DNA of 62,880 nucleotides, filler included, from Asterionella formosa (GCA_002256025.1; 9 parts of 9 records of this genome joined end to end with filler, not necessarily neighbours in it); one strand, 5' to 3'. Counted from the whole stretch's first letter, positions 48,506-62,058 are shown. The notes: generated by a model from the sequence alone, not told the origin. Translations and numbers: made by a program.

Positions 48506-48923
48506 TTTCTCCAGTGATTTCGCATATTGGTCGACCAACACTTGCTACACTTCCTCCTGATGCACCCCCAGTTTCATCTGCATCTCCAGTCGCTTCTCCT
48601 AGCCTAATCACAGAGGGTCCTATTACATCTGTTTCTCTAGTGATTTCGCCTATTGATCGGCCAACACTTGCTACAATTCCTTGTTGAACAGAGCACAGTG
48701 TAATATGCATGTTCCGCCAGCGTAGTGTTTGCACAATACACATGTTGGCACATTTATAGCTAAAACAAGGAAAGACGACACAACAATGAACATGATGGCC
48801 GGTTGTTGAGGATACCGGTATGTGATATGCATCAATCCATATCACAAATCATATTATAGTGATGTACATATCAACGCATCCGTATACTTAGATCCTATCC
48901 ACTGTATAATACTATCATATTAA

Positions 48924-49023
48924 NNNNNNNNNNNNNNNNNNNNNNNNNNNNNNNNNNNNNNNNNNNNTTAATTAATTAANNNNNNNNNNNNNNNNNNNNN
49001 NNNNNNNNNNNNNNNNNNNNNNN
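48924..49023. other. Artificial contig linker
   Basis: N44-TTAATTAATTAA-N44. Confidence 0.97.
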
Positions 49024-49228
49024 CACCATTACATAAGAAAATCACTTCTCGATAAGTATAACCTGAATTGCTAGAGGTTGAGCTGGTACCATGTACTCCA
49101 GACTAAGCTGTAGGAGTACAAATAGTCATGGTTCTTTTTTTTCTCGCTTATATCATTGTTTTGTTTTTGTGAGCGTAAATGCATTGATTTATAATCACGC
49201 ACAAAAAACGGTATCTATGCATGATGCG

Positions 49229-49773
49229 GGATACACTCCAAGAGTCATCCTGAAACTCGGATAAAGTCGTGTACAAGAGTCTCCTGAAAATCGCATAGAG
49301 TCGTGTTAGCCTATGACCAATCTAAGATGGACGATATAGGTCATATGAGCGCTTACTATTTTATTGCAGTGCCTGAAAAACCTTAAACTAGCAACATGTA
49401 CGGAGAACTGCGTGTAAGGTATGTACATAGAGTATCACGAAGTGAGATAGCTATTTTATATCTAACAACAACCGTCACTACCGGTACCGGCATTTTCCTG
49501 CACCAAAACCTGTGGGAAACAAAGAAATTGTCCAGAATGAAGAGTAGGTACAAGGTACCAGGTACCTGGTACCGAATGTCGTCTGACCACACCAACAAGG
49601 TTGTTACTTACCAATAAAAAGCGCTAGTTTGCCCCTTTCGATCCTATTTTTTTCGGTCATCAACTAACACGACTTCCAATGTATCCAACTCTCACGAGTC
49701 ATACTTGAAGTCGTCATTTTTGTAGCAAACACGACTACTTGCGAGTCACAGGATGACTCTTGTAAGTGTAACC
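49229..49773. mobile_element. MITE-like element with ~45-bp imperfect TIRs
   Basis: GGATACACTCCAAGAGTCATCCTGAAACTCG...AGTCGTGT versus the reverse complement of ACACGACT...CGAGTCACAGGATGACTCTTGTAAGTGTAACC. A related end lies at ~50080-50135. Confidence 0.65.
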
Positions 49774-50244
49774 AAACCGCGCATTTTGAATAACAACACT
49801 CCTTTCGAAAAGGTTACCGCAAGTACCGGGTACCTGGTAAAATGAATGAAATTTGTCGATAGACGGAATACCGGTAGGTACCTGTTAGCAGCAGTGAGTG
49901 TAGTTGGACATAATCAACAAGGTTTGTTTCTTACTGGCATTGTAACCAGGTACTCTGCTTTTCTACATGCTAGTCCCTGCTTGGTATGACATTCTCCGTC
50001 CAATGGTTTATTACAGTAGCGCGTTGATGATAAATACTTACACATATGCCCCGTTTCAAAATACTTAAATTGGTCATTACCCAACACGACTTTCGGTACT
50101 TGCGAATGGAGTAGGATGACTGTTGTAAGTTCACCGAATCGCATTCTAGACGATGGTTTCGAACCGGCATTTATGTTATTAACAAATCGAAGATATTGAT
50201 ACTATTTGTCCCTGATCATAAATCGATCCTTTCTCGCTCACAAT

Positions 50245-50260
50245 AAATATATATATAAAG
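50245..50260 (+). promoter_or_regulatory. TATA-like element upstream of the M11 gene
   Basis: AAATATATATATAAAG about 15-30 nt before the ATG. Positional evidence only. Confidence 0.3.
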
Positions 50261-50275
50261 GAGAAAGCAAAAAAA

Positions 50276-52360
50276 ATGAAAATTGGACTGTCACTCATCG
50301 GTGCAGCATTGGCATTGCTTTTGGTTCTCGCAACTGCACAGGACGACTCGGTAAGTCCGTAATTGCACTTTATGCTTGTTAATCATTAAAGCATTATATA
50401 GAAACAGGAAATAACATTCTTCTCGTCATTCCCTTCATCTTAGGGCCTTCCCGGAGTTGAAAAACAAGTCGGAGTATGTCTCTACTGCCATGTTGGAGTC
50501 GTCCATGTCATGATGGCTGATCGAGTGCCCTCATCGACCTACCGCTGTATAACTGACGAAACCCAGGAGGGTGATGGAGAATCGGAAATGGCATATTCTA
50601 TTAACCTCCCGACAGCTTTTGTCATTGCAAATAAGGAAAAGCTGGACACAGGCGTTTCTAGTATTTGCATCATTGGTGGTTCTGCCATTCGTACAGCTTT
50701 TGGAAAACCAGACTACATTGTTATTCCATCGAACGCCGGGATTCACTTTGTTGGAAGTCTCTCCAGTCATGACCGTCATTTGGCTCAAACAGGATCCCGA
50801 TCAGTCCTTGTTGTTCGTGTCACTGCCCCTTCATCCACCCAATCAGCCTCGTCTGCAAGCCTGGCAGATGCAACTTTTGGTACTGGAGGACAGCAGTACT
50901 CTATGGCTTCCCAGTACAGCTCATGCTCTGCCGGGAAACTGACATTTGTTCCTGCAAGTGGTTACCCAGACATGGTGACAAATGGAGTGATTGACCTCCT
51001 ACTTCCTTCGACCGTCAATAACACTAACATCTTTGACCTTGAAAACTCCATGATAACTGCAGTTAAGGCTTCGCTTGGTGTTGCTGACCTCGGAAACACT
51101 TTCTCCAACATCATGTTTTGCATGCCATATGGCACGACTTTCTATACAGGTGGTTCGAAAAATTGGCTCGCCTATGCATATGTACCAGGACAATATTCAT
51201 ATTATAACAATGGTGAGTGCAGTCTCAGTAATTCAAATATTCAGCATCATCATCCAACGAGCTTACCTATCCTCTTCTATTTCTTGATCTGATATTGCAG
51301 GATGGTGTTCGAGTCTCAGTGCGAAAATGCATGAAATTGGGTAAGTCCAAGGGTGCATATTTCACATGAAAATGACCATCTCTTTTTTTCTCATCTCTCA
51401 CTCTAATCCATTACTGGCAGACATAACTTAGGTCTTCAACACTCCAATGAGAATGGTTATTCATACGATGACCAGAGCTGCATGATGGGTTACTCCTACT
51501 CTGGAACTGGATCACCAGCGATGTGCTTCAATGGACACAAGAACTATGTCCTTGGGTGGTATGCTGACAAACAAATCACTGTAAACCCAACAACAAATGG
51601 AGCCTGGACTGGCAAACTTGTGGGTTTCGTAGATTATACCAATGCATCGCCTACGTCTCGCAATGAATATGTTCTGATCATTGTTGATCAGCTTTACATT
51701 CAGTACAACCTTGCCACTGGATTTAACTTTCAAGTACAGGAGAAGGCAAACATGGTCACGATTGCGACAGCTCCAAGTAGCACTTCTGAATCATCAATGA
51801 TCAGCGCACTCTCGGCTACACAAAGTGCTGTGATCAGCTTGTATATCATTGAAGCTTGTGAAATGGTGGTTGCCACTTCCACAGAACCAAAGTATATGAT
51901 CCTATCGATTCGCTTGAACACCCAGAGTTCAACATGTCCTAGAGCAACTTCTGCGCCTAATACTTTACCTCCATTGACATCTGCACCTACTACACCAGCT
52001 CCAGTGACTGCTGCACCTACTACACCAGCTCCAGTGACTGCTACACCTACAACACCAGCTCCAGTGACTGCTGCACCTACTACACCAGCTCCAGTGACTG
52101 CTGCACCTACTACACCAGCTCCAGTGACTGCTGCACCCACTTCACCAGCTCCAGTGACTTCTGCACCTACTACACCAGCTCCAATCACCAAGAATCCAAC
52201 ATCTGTCCTTACTCCAACAAGTAAGCCAACAGGAAAGCCAACAGGAAAACCAACAGGAAAACCAACAGGAAAACCAACAGGAAAACCTATAGGGAAACCA
52301 ACAGTGACACCAACAAGAAAGCCCTTCTTAAGGCCAACAGGCCAGCCTGAAGATGATTGA
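50276..52360 (+). CDS. Secreted gametolysin-type (M11) zinc metalloprotease; exons 50276-50350, 50444-51212, 51301-51340, 51421-52360 (607 aa)
   Basis: Signal peptide MKIGLSLIGAALALLLVLATA. Three GT-AG introns join in frame to give HEIGHNLGLQH, the Met-turn CMMG and CFNGHKNYVLGWY. Pro/Thr-rich tail. Confidence 0.9.
51981..52302 (+). repeat. Coding tandem repeats in the M11 tail: 30-bp (TTPAPVTAAP) x ~7 and 12-bp (KPTG) x ~6
   Basis: Directly visible in both DNA and protein. Confidence 0.95.
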
Positions 52361-52771
52361 CCCCATTGTCTACCATCACTACTATGCCTACTATATAGAG
52401 TTTTTCATTATTGATTGTTGATTATTAACAGTAGTCCACCTGATGGCACTTCCTTATTCATACTTTTACCAGGAAAATGATACCAGGTATGATTGTTGAC
52501 TGTGAGTGACTTGATTCAATAATCAGTGCATTATACAAGACATATATTGATTTTGCACAAATGCACAAATACATGTGATGAAACCATCAAACTGGTATCA
52601 ATAGGCTGTCCCATCGTAGGCTATTGGTAAGCATACGTAGCGGTGATCCATAGGTTAAAACAGTGTACCATACACTTCATTGTCCTGGACCCCCTGTACA
52701 TTTTTCTCAAGGTGAAACCAAAGACCCAATAATTTTTCTTGTCATAGACAAAGTAATGTGCTATAAATCTT

Positions 52772-53580
52772 TTGGTCCTCATAAGGGGATGGCAAGAATC
52801 CAAGTCAACATCGCCAAGTGGAACACACTTGGGACACTACAAAGCATCTCTTCGGGATAAGGAACTAACAGCGGGGTATTCAATGATGCTCAATATTCCG
52901 GTACAATTGGGGTTTTCCCCAAAAAGATGGCAACAGGTAGAATCAGTTTTGTTAGAAAAAGACAAGGGGATTCCGAAAATAAGTAGGCTCCAAATAATTC
53001 ATCTTTTCGAACCAGGCTACTACAACCTGTTCCTGAAATTTATCTGGGGATGTCGCATGATTGGCAGAGCAGAAGAACACAACGCCCTTGGCGAAGAGAT
53101 GCAGGGATCAAGGAAAAACAGAGGCACTATGGACATGATGTACAAAAAGATCATAACATTTGATATAGCAAGACAGCTGCGCTCAAATGTTGCGATATTT
53201 GAAAACTATGCGGCAAGCTGCTTTGACAGGATTCTGGTGAACCTAGCAATGGTGTGTGCAAGGAGGCTTGGACTGCCCAAAGAGGCCATAATGGCCAACT
53301 CAGAAACTTTACGCTTGATGAAGTACATGATAAAGACAGGGTATGGCACCTCCACAGGCCATTACACAGGAAGCGACAAGGAACCACTGGCAGGAACAGG
53401 CCAAGGCAGCAGAGGAGAATCACCAGCAATCTGGCTCTCCATCTGTCTAGTGTTACTAACAGCATAATCACAAACCACCACTTATAGCTTACAATTACAG
53501 GATCACACAAAAACGATATTTTCACAATGTCAGGCAGACGCATTTGTTGATGATACATCCCTGGGTTTCATTGGGCCCAC
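52772..53580 (+). mobile_element. Non-LTR (LINE) reverse transcriptase fragment, diatom type
   Basis: STSPSGTHLGHYKA, LEKDKGIPKISRL.IIHLFE, SCFDRI, GTGQGS..SPAIW and, after one stop, AFVDD. Confidence 0.9.
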
Positions 53581-54779
53581 CGGACAAGATCCCATGGACC
53601 CCTCCTAAAGATGGGACTGAACCTACTGCAATGCAGAAGCAAGACTGGGTAGAGGCCCTGGGCAAACACCTCCTCATGCAGGGTTCAAAAAATTGCTTCA
53701 ATTGAAAATGAGGCTAGGAAATAGAATTGCCCTACTCTCATTTTCGTCTATTTGGAACATTTTCATTTTGCAAATTGAGGAAAAGCCCGGCTGCTCCGTC
53801 ATTTAAAATTAGGCCTATCGATCAAAATAGCAACAGATGGCTCCATGCAAGGGGATGGGAGATGCTCTTTTGGCTGGTGCCTTCGACTATCCAGGACATG
53901 TGACACTAAACATGAAACTATAGCAATATGCTCAGGCCCTGTGGATGGAGACATAAAAGTAAACAGCTCCACATGAGCTGCATTGTTTGGGATTGCATCA
54001 AGTTTAATAATTCTGACAATAGCAATAAAAGTTCACAAAATCGACACGCAATCAGAGACGCAGGAAGAAACCATCCTTGCACAAAAGTGTTTTTAAATGC
54101 ACAGGATGTCCAAGTCGACACAAAATCAGACACATAAGAATTTATCCGATTCTAAGAAGCTATCGACATGCCTCAACATCATGATACAATACTTGTACCA
54201 TTGATAGTATCGGTAGTAAATGTCTACGTGTACGTAATTCACAAACAAGGTGTACACCACATCCATCATATGTTATCAAAAATTACTGCCATGAGTGCCT
54301 CACAAAAGCCCAATGAATTGGCTGCTCGGAACAAAGATGAAGATTTCTACCTTGTGACAAGGGATTTGGATTCAGTATTGAAGCGTAATTATGCTGGCGA
54401 AGTTGGCCAGTTTGTATGCTACACAAAGCAAAGCGTTGGTCAATGTGTACAACAGGGTTTCCAATACATCTGTTCTTGACCATGCCCGGGGAAGGCTTCA
54501 GTGAAGGAGGGGACAAGGGAGGTCAACAAGGTCGATGAACAAGGAGATGAGGGAGGAGGGGAGTCCAATAACTAAACTGACAAGCTCAAAAGGAGATTGG
54601 AAGGTGTGTTTGTTAAAAGTGTTTCACAACCAATATTTAAAGTATATTTAAACTCATTGAAAATTGCACTTGTGCCTTGATAGACACCTTAGAGCTTCCT
54701 ATCACGTCTCTTTCTACCAAGCCCAAGGTGGTCGACCTTGATTGGTGTAGGTCAAAGCCAAACTCCATCAGAAATTCCG

Positions 54780-55139
54780 GCTGCATGGTTGTGGAGCCAA
54801 TCATTTACTGCTAAATCGACTGAATCGTCTTTGATAAATATTGTGTCGGCGCATGCGGACTTCTACTGGTAGTAAGAAGAAAGATTTGTCTTCTTCTCGC
54901 ACATTCTCTTGATCCTGTTCATATCTTGTTCTTATTTGGTCGCCAACCTCTTTTGACATCTGATCCAATCGTTATTCCTCTGTTTTTCCATGCATTACCT
55001 CGTTTTGATTGATCCACCTGTCGATCCCAACCTGCAAAAGCCACTGATCACTTGCACACCCCAATTACTCATGGCTGGTGACTCTCCCCTCGCTTTTGTT
55101 TTATTAAATGCCACGATGGCCCTATTCCAGTTTTTACTC
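54780..55139 (-). mobile_element. LINE ORF2 C-terminal remnant
   Basis: WGVQVISG..GIDRWINQNEVMHGKT resembles the W..RN...HG C-terminal LINE motif. Cut at the element terminus at 55140. Confidence 0.55.
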
Positions 55140-55904
55140 TGTCTGCAAAAAAATGAATATAGGATGAAGAGAATCGTATGCAAAGTGGCAAAGGAGCAAA
55201 GGATTTTCGAATGTATTATAATTTTTGGATCAAAACTATGATCAAGTTATCCTGTAACTATGATGATTTATTAATTTTTTACCGACATTGAAGTATAATG
55301 AAAATAAGAACATTATCATCACACAATGTATGTAAACTGATCAACAACATTTCTCATCAATATCATTAACCTTCTCAAATTATTTTCACTTCTCATGATC
55401 GCCAAATATAAATTATTACTACCACACATCCTAAAATCAGCTCAACTCTATGCTATCATGTGAACTGTCTTATCGAAAATTGATCTCAAGCATGATCATA
55501 ATTCTAATCACAAGCATTGTTCAAAATAGATTGAAATGGATTGTAATTTAACTATCAAATTTAGCAATGCTATCTATTATTCTACATGACAGCAACCCAA
55601 TGTTTCTCTCTCTACTTGGCTCAATGTATATTGTTCCTGTCTTGCCCTTTTCTTCCTCTTTTCTGAATCTTGTGCCAAGCAATGCCTTACTCATGTTGCG
55701 TCTCTTTCCCTGCTATTAGTGTCATTCTGATCTCGCCGGCTATTCCGTTTAATCTGTTTATTTTCCTATGCAGTTACAGTAACAATGAGAAGGAATGACT
55801 TGTTAGCTAGACATCTTACACTGACACAACATCACGCACGCCATGCATTGCATTGTATCCTCTTGCTTGCTTCAATTACCACAGCCAAATCAAAGCAAGT
55901 GATG
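55140..55904. mobile_element. CGTCTG-terminus element, end A copy
   Basis: Starts TGTCTGCAAAAAAAT and aligns with 45501-46250. Confidence 0.8.
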
Positions 55905-56004
55905 NNNNNNNNNNNNNNNNNNNNNNNNNNNNNNNNNNNNNNNNNNNNTTAATTAATTAANNNNNNNNNNNNNNNNNNNNNNNNNNNNNNNNNNNNNNNN
56001 NNNN
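55905..56004. other. Artificial contig linker
   Basis: N44-TTAATTAATTAA-N44. Confidence 0.97.
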
Positions 56005-56943
56005 GGAGAGGAAGGGAAGCCCTCCCTGGCTGCTCTCCTTTGACCAGAAGAAGATGAAGACATGGCCGAAATCTAAAAGCGATGACGATCGATTTATTGA
56101 GGAGGTTGATTGATATGTAAACGATATGCATATGTATATGCATACCTATTTTGGCAAGAGCAAGCCATTTTGAGTATGAGCAAGCAAGTCTTGAAATATT
56201 CCGGGAAATTCTATATAGTCATTCATGTCTGAACATCTTTTTATATTATGCACTGTTATTTATAACTGTAAAAAATTTGTGTTTGAGGTGCTTACCAGGA
56301 TTACCAAATTTGGTCAACACAAACACAAATTTTGGGGTTATGGGTACAACGATTTGTGTTATAATACACATGATATAATAATTTTTTATTATCAGAGCGC
56401 GCCCATTATTCGACCAGAATCATGACATGCACGAAATATTTCTGTATCATGAGGCAGCAGACAAAATGATTCCGTGAACACTTCTGGCAAGCCGACAACA
56501 TCAAGGCCAGAACTGCCTGAGCCTTTAGCATTCAGCTTGATAATCGCTCCACAACAAGCATGCAAGTTGCAGCTTCGACTTTTGAAAGAGATCTCAGGAC
56601 AAGGATATCGCCATCGCAAATGTCATTGGCATTGCTCGTGTTGTTGTTGATTGCTGTTTCACGATGGTGACCAGTAAGAATACAATTATACGAAGAGGAG
56701 TACAGGTTGAGCAATCCTGTAGTACATCGATACAGATGTATATAGAGTTAGGGTTTATCAAATATATCAGAATTCAATAATGAGAGGACTCGCCTAACAC
56801 CCATTGTATACTTTGATGTCAGTTTAGGAAATGAGTTGTACATAAATATTAATTAATAAGCTCATATATTCAACAAATACTACTACTTCTAGTTAAATAC
56901 TTCACTTTGAATTCAAAAAGAGTCGAATTAGAAGAAAACAAAC

Positions 56944-59138
56944 ATGGCAATGTATTCAAGGGTTCCTGTGATTCCTTTGATCAATGATTACAATGTATTG
57001 ACTATCAAAATAAACATTCAGAATTGCTTTATCCGGTGGAAGGTTTGAATCGTTTGATCAAGATATGATCGATCGAAGCTCTGTGGAAGTATTGTTGATT
57101 GGAGTGAGTCAATTTCGTGACATGGCTAAGAAATGTGCCTTCAGCCCTGCCGATACCTTTTCCTACTTCAAAAGGTGTTTGACCGACATTGCCTTATCGG
57201 ATTGGTTTAATGTGGAAGTACACCCAGAAGATCAATCCTACGATAGTTTCGATGAAGCGATGGTTTTATGGTTAGACGATCATTTACCAAACAAGAGTTT
57301 TCAACGTCAACGACAATGGATGCTACGTTATTTATCTAAACCCTTTTCTATGTTGGTAATGGATTTCGGAGCTCGTCTTAAAACTTTGAACAGGCTACTT
57401 CAACTAATGCCTCATCCAAAAAAGATCAAAATGTATTGTCAAAAGAAGATATGCGGATTATCATCATCCGTTCTATGTCCAATGAGTGGCAACAAGAGTT
57501 TGAATTAAATCATGCGAAGACATCAGACCAATCGATTCGCTCGGTTCTCACTTTCTTCGAGAGTCAACAATCGTTTAAGGACCGAAACAAGCAGCTTCCC
57601 AAGAACAATTTTCAAACAATCACGCAAAATCGTCTTTGTATTGCTGAAGGCAATCATGTGATGCGTCAAGAAAACGAGCGTGTCAGTCGTCAATTCTACA
57701 ACGATAATTTTACGCCAAGTGGTCGTGGAAGAGCGCGTGCTATTGTCAATGCAGCCGGGCGCGCATGGGATCGTCAGGCGACTGTTCGTCATCCGGTTTC
57801 CTGTTTTACTTCTAAGGATATATTAACGTACAATTGATTTGATTCCGATGTCCCTTTTAGCGCCACGATTGGTGGATGATATAACTATGCTTAAAATACT
57901 ACGGGTATTATTTGATAGTGGAGGATCTGTATCCTTAATACATGAACAGGTTATGCCTCAAGGTATTTCTTTGCCTAACAAGACTTCCCAATTAATACAT
58001 ACCATAGCTGCTACTTATTCATCTCATGCCAGTGTTTTTTACATGACCTGATTTTACCTGAAATTTAATCAATCTGCTCGTATTTTACAAAAAGTGTCAA
58101 GTTTTAATGGTCTATGTTCATTTGATGCTATTTTAGGACGTGGTTTCCTTTGTCAAGTTATTTTAACCATTGATTTTGTCAATAACACCATGCCCTGTAT
58201 ATATATTATAGTTCCTATGCATCCTCTCACATTCTTTGATGATGGAGAATGTTTACGTGATGTATTATTGTATTTTGTTGCGCACCTATGATTGTGGAAT
58301 CTTCATATGCGCTGGAAATTAAAGCTGCTGAATATAATTACGTAAATATTGATACAGTAGTGGATAAACAGATACATTTGACAAAAATACAACGATCATG
58401 TTTACGAACTATATTGGTTAAATATCAAACATTATTTGATGGCAAATTAAAAGTCTATCCTCATAAACAGGTACATTTGGAATTATTATCAAATGCTGTC
58501 CCTCGTCATCACCGAGCATATCCGGTCGCTCATATTCATTTAGAATTTTTCACTAAATTGGATGTTTCCATGCAATACTATACTTTTGCATTGGATGTAG
58601 AGAGTCAAAACTTGTGCGTTATTTCCACTCCATTTGGTTTCTATAAATATTTACGTCTCCCTTTGGGAATGAAACAATCATCTGATATTGCACAAGAAAC
58701 TATGGAACAGATTCTTAGTAATTTAGAAGATGTGGAAATTTATATTGATGATGTGGGTTGTTTTTCAATGAGTTTTTCGGATCACCTTCATTTATTGGAC
58801 ACTATTTTACATCGTTCACAGGCAAATGGTTTTACAATTAATCCATCTAAGTGTGAATGGGCCGTCCAAGAGACAGATTGGTTAGGCTATTGGTTAACTC
58901 CTCATGGACTGAAACCTTGGTCTAAAAAGGTCCGAGCATTGATTAATATATCTTCACCTACCAATCTTGAATAAGTCTGATCATTTCTCGGTGCTGTTAC
59001 TTACTATCGAGACATTTTTCCTAGCCAATCTCATGTTCTTGGACCACTTATGGATTTAATTGGAACTAGTCCATTTGTCTGTTTACCTACCCATCAACAA
59101 GCTTTTGAAGAAATGAAAGCATTGTTAGTTGCAGATAC
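56944..59138 (+). mobile_element. Degenerate Ty3/Gypsy retrotransposon (gag-protease-RT), internally deleted and truncated
   Basis: gag (QRQWMLRYLSKPFSM..FGARLKTLN), protease (LFDSGGS, DAILGR) and RT (LDVSMQYY, TPFG.YKYLRLPLG, YIDD, KCEWA..WLGY, SFLGAVTYYRD). Ends at AFEEMKALLVADT. Confidence 0.92.
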
Positions 59139-61540
59139 CGTCTGCAAATAAAGACTATCATATTTCCATGATGCATCATAGGATTGTGATCATCTGATCA
59201 TAATATTTCGTTATATCATCTAATAATTTTGATAAATGCCTTTGTAATTTTCGAATTTCTTGGTAGGATAATGTACCAGTTCAAGTAATGTAATTTGGCT
59301 CGTCATTTCCATCCGTCATCACTCCGATTTTTGCAACAACAACGAAATACTAGCGATGAAAAGCAGAATGATTGTTTGCGATAACAACGTCTTCAATTGT
59401 TGGTCATGTGATCATTATATCTTCTAGTAATCGTCATATGCAGTGAACTTTTGTTCATAATCATTCAATTAAGAGTTGACAGGAGAGAAGAAATCATTCA
59501 AACTCGTAATGGTTCCGCACACAGCACAGCGCACAAAGTAAATTTGTTTTGTCGACTTCAGCATGACAATTTCGCCAATCAACCCGAAAACAAACACATT
59601 CTACTTGTTCTCATTGACATTTTCAATTCTCACATGATACTACCACATCTACTATTGAGATTCAGCATAGAAGGAGATACGAAAATGTGCGTAACAGACT
59701 ACTGTCCACATAGCTATATTTATAGAATGATTCTGATTAGAATGTATTTCATTTTCATATCGCTCGCTCGTTTCTGCATTTGGAATACTGTACTTGAATT
59801 AATTATTGAACTTGTCCGCATCTTTGACACCATCAAGAGAGCGAAAGCAAGTGGCTCTCTTCATTGTTGTTTGCTCATAGGAAAAGTTTGATATCTGTAT
59901 CGTCATTTGCTTGTTGGAATTGTCCGTTGCCTCAAACTTGCTTGCCGTGTGCGTGCAGACACTGTCGACTTGTTTTCAATGGTATGTTGTTCTTGTATTC
60001 ACTGTTGAACTTGTCCGCATCTTGCTTTGTTACCATCAATAGAGCAACAAGTGGGTCTCTTCATTGTTGTTTGCTCCTGGAAAAGTCGGTGTCCATGTCA
60101 TCCTCATCAATAGAGAGACAAAATCATTCGATGGAAAAATTGGTACTCGTGGTATCATCATTCGCTCGTTGGAACCACTGTCCAATGCCTCAAACCTGAT
60201 TAGCGTTTGAGTACCGCTATCCGGTATGTGCACTGTCGACTTTTGTACATTACAGGCGGAGTGACTTAGCTACTAAAGTGCGTGATATAATAATATACCC
60301 CGTAGCACGATGCAGAATACAGTTGCTTCCCAATCATCTCATCATGATTGATAAGATGATAACAATGTGATATCATGATAGGGTTACATCGATGCATACA
60401 TCAACAAAGTATGATACGTAATATTGAATAAAGTACATCACATAGCTATGATACATTGATCCTAAAACTATGATGATTTTATAAAATATTTATGATATAA
60501 TTTTGATCAAAATATGATTATGGTAAAATAATACAATGATAATAAAATACGATAAAATATGTACGCAAGTGTTATCAAGACATCATAGAAAATAAATCAA
60601 GCAATCATAAAGTATGTCAATTAATATATATGTTTGTCATTTAATGTATACAGTTAAAGTCAACAGTTAATATGATAGTATTACTATACAGTGGATAGGA
60701 TATAAGTAGCTATATGGATGTATTGATATGTACATCACTATAATATGATTTGTGACATGGATTGATGCATATCACATATCGGTATCCTCAACAACCAGCC
60801 ATCACGTTCATTGTTGTGTTGTCTTTCCTTGTTTTAGCTATATATGCCGGCATGTGTATTGTGTATTACTTATTATTCATTTGTTTCTCCAGATCACTGA
60901 CTTCAATGTCTGGCAAAAGAGATACTAATTGCCATACATCAACTTTTTTCTTCCTTCTACTAACGTTAAGTTTAACATTGTCAGCAAAAACGGATGCTCG
61001 GAATGTTTCATTCGTTTATCAATAGGTGAACCATCACTGAAAACTGCTAGGGCAACAAATAAACACCCTGTCTTCAACAGTCCATTTTCTGATGCAGGAG
61101 AATTGTTGAATAAATTTTCAAACCAAGTCCCAGAAGTCACTTTGTCATATATCCATGCGTTCTCCACATGTTGTAAGTTTCACTTGTGGGTGACTTACAA
61201 TATGTTGCATGATATCGGAATCACGTTTCAATCCTGCCATGAGCTGTACTGGTTTGAAATATTGGAGTGTGCGTGGGATGATCATATTTGAATTGTTATC
61301 AATCTTTATTTGTTTGGTCAACAGTTGACCACCAGCTAATGTTGGTGGAAATGAAATATCCATGCGTTTTTTCAAAGTCTGGTAGCTAGGATGGAGCTTG
61401 ATACCTTCCATCAAAATATTTCATTGCTTTTGCCTTGAACAGCTATTTCATTAGATGATCAAAGTAAACTGGTGGAAGGTAATTCTCGTTGAGGAATAAC
61501 ATGAGTTCTAATTCGATTGGATGCATGTTCAGAGAATGGA
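59139..61540. mobile_element. CGTCTG-terminus element, end B copy including a Plavaka-like transposase remnant
   Basis: Starts CGTCTGCAAATAAAGACTATCAT inside Gypsy pol. Matches 14034-15375, 48735-48923 and 28450-28795. Confidence 0.75.
60890..61530 (-). pseudogene. Plavaka-like (CACTA/EnSpm-related) transposase remnant
   Basis: YDKVTSGTWF...LFVALAVFSDGSPIDK...SEHPFLLTMLNLTL..GRK resembles the Plavaka Y.E..TG.WW...I.L.SD.T...P..LT..N....R core. Recognised by eye only. Confidence 0.6.
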
Positions 61541-61906
61541 CCCTTCAACTTGATCAATTTCATGGCAATCTCCCAGTCGAATGTGAACAATCTATTGTTG
61601 TTGTACAGCAGGTACCGAAATGTTTAACAGATATTTTTGTAAGTAAACATATGTAGACATTTGATGATTTGAAATTAAATCATGTCCATCGTTGGGATAC
61701 CTACTACCAGGTACCAGTGCCGTATATATGTTGCACTGATATTTTTGTAAGAAAGCGTGCATACCATATATGATTGATTTGAATTTAAATCATGTCAATT
61801 ACAGGGTTAGGGCTAAGATGAGGGAGTGGCTGAGAGTACCGGTACCAGGTACCTGGTACGCAACAATCACACATTCTTCTCGTACAAACAAGCAAGGTGA
61901 CGTTGG

Positions 61907-62058
61907 TGTTAATATCTGCATATGATGCTCCATACATGCGCCGTGCGCACCATACTTGCGCAGCCACCAGAATTGGTACATGCGTGAGTGCTAACAACGA
62001 TTTACTCGAAACAGCAATAGAATAGTCATGATATTGTAGATCACCTTTATTCACGACA
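61907..62058 (+). repeat. Candidate 5' LTR of the copia element
   Basis: TGTT...GACA, 152 bp, upstream of gag. The second LTR is not in the window, so the boundaries are tentative. Confidence 0.35.

Larger units (their letters stand above)
45501..48923. mobile_element. CGTCTG-terminus element copy carrying captured PGRL1 sequence
   Basis: End A lies at 45501. 48735-48923 is the reverse complement of ~60668-60863, so it heads toward end B. Confidence 0.6.

Noticed and set aside
51730..52191. Gly/Ala/Val-rich minus-strand ORF (153 aa)
   Set aside because: Antisense shadow of the Pro/Thr repeats of the M11 gene.
56718..56890. Gypsy 5' LTR (TGTAGTA...TACTACT)
   Set aside because: The terminus is imperfect, there is no clear PBS and no second LTR to compare.
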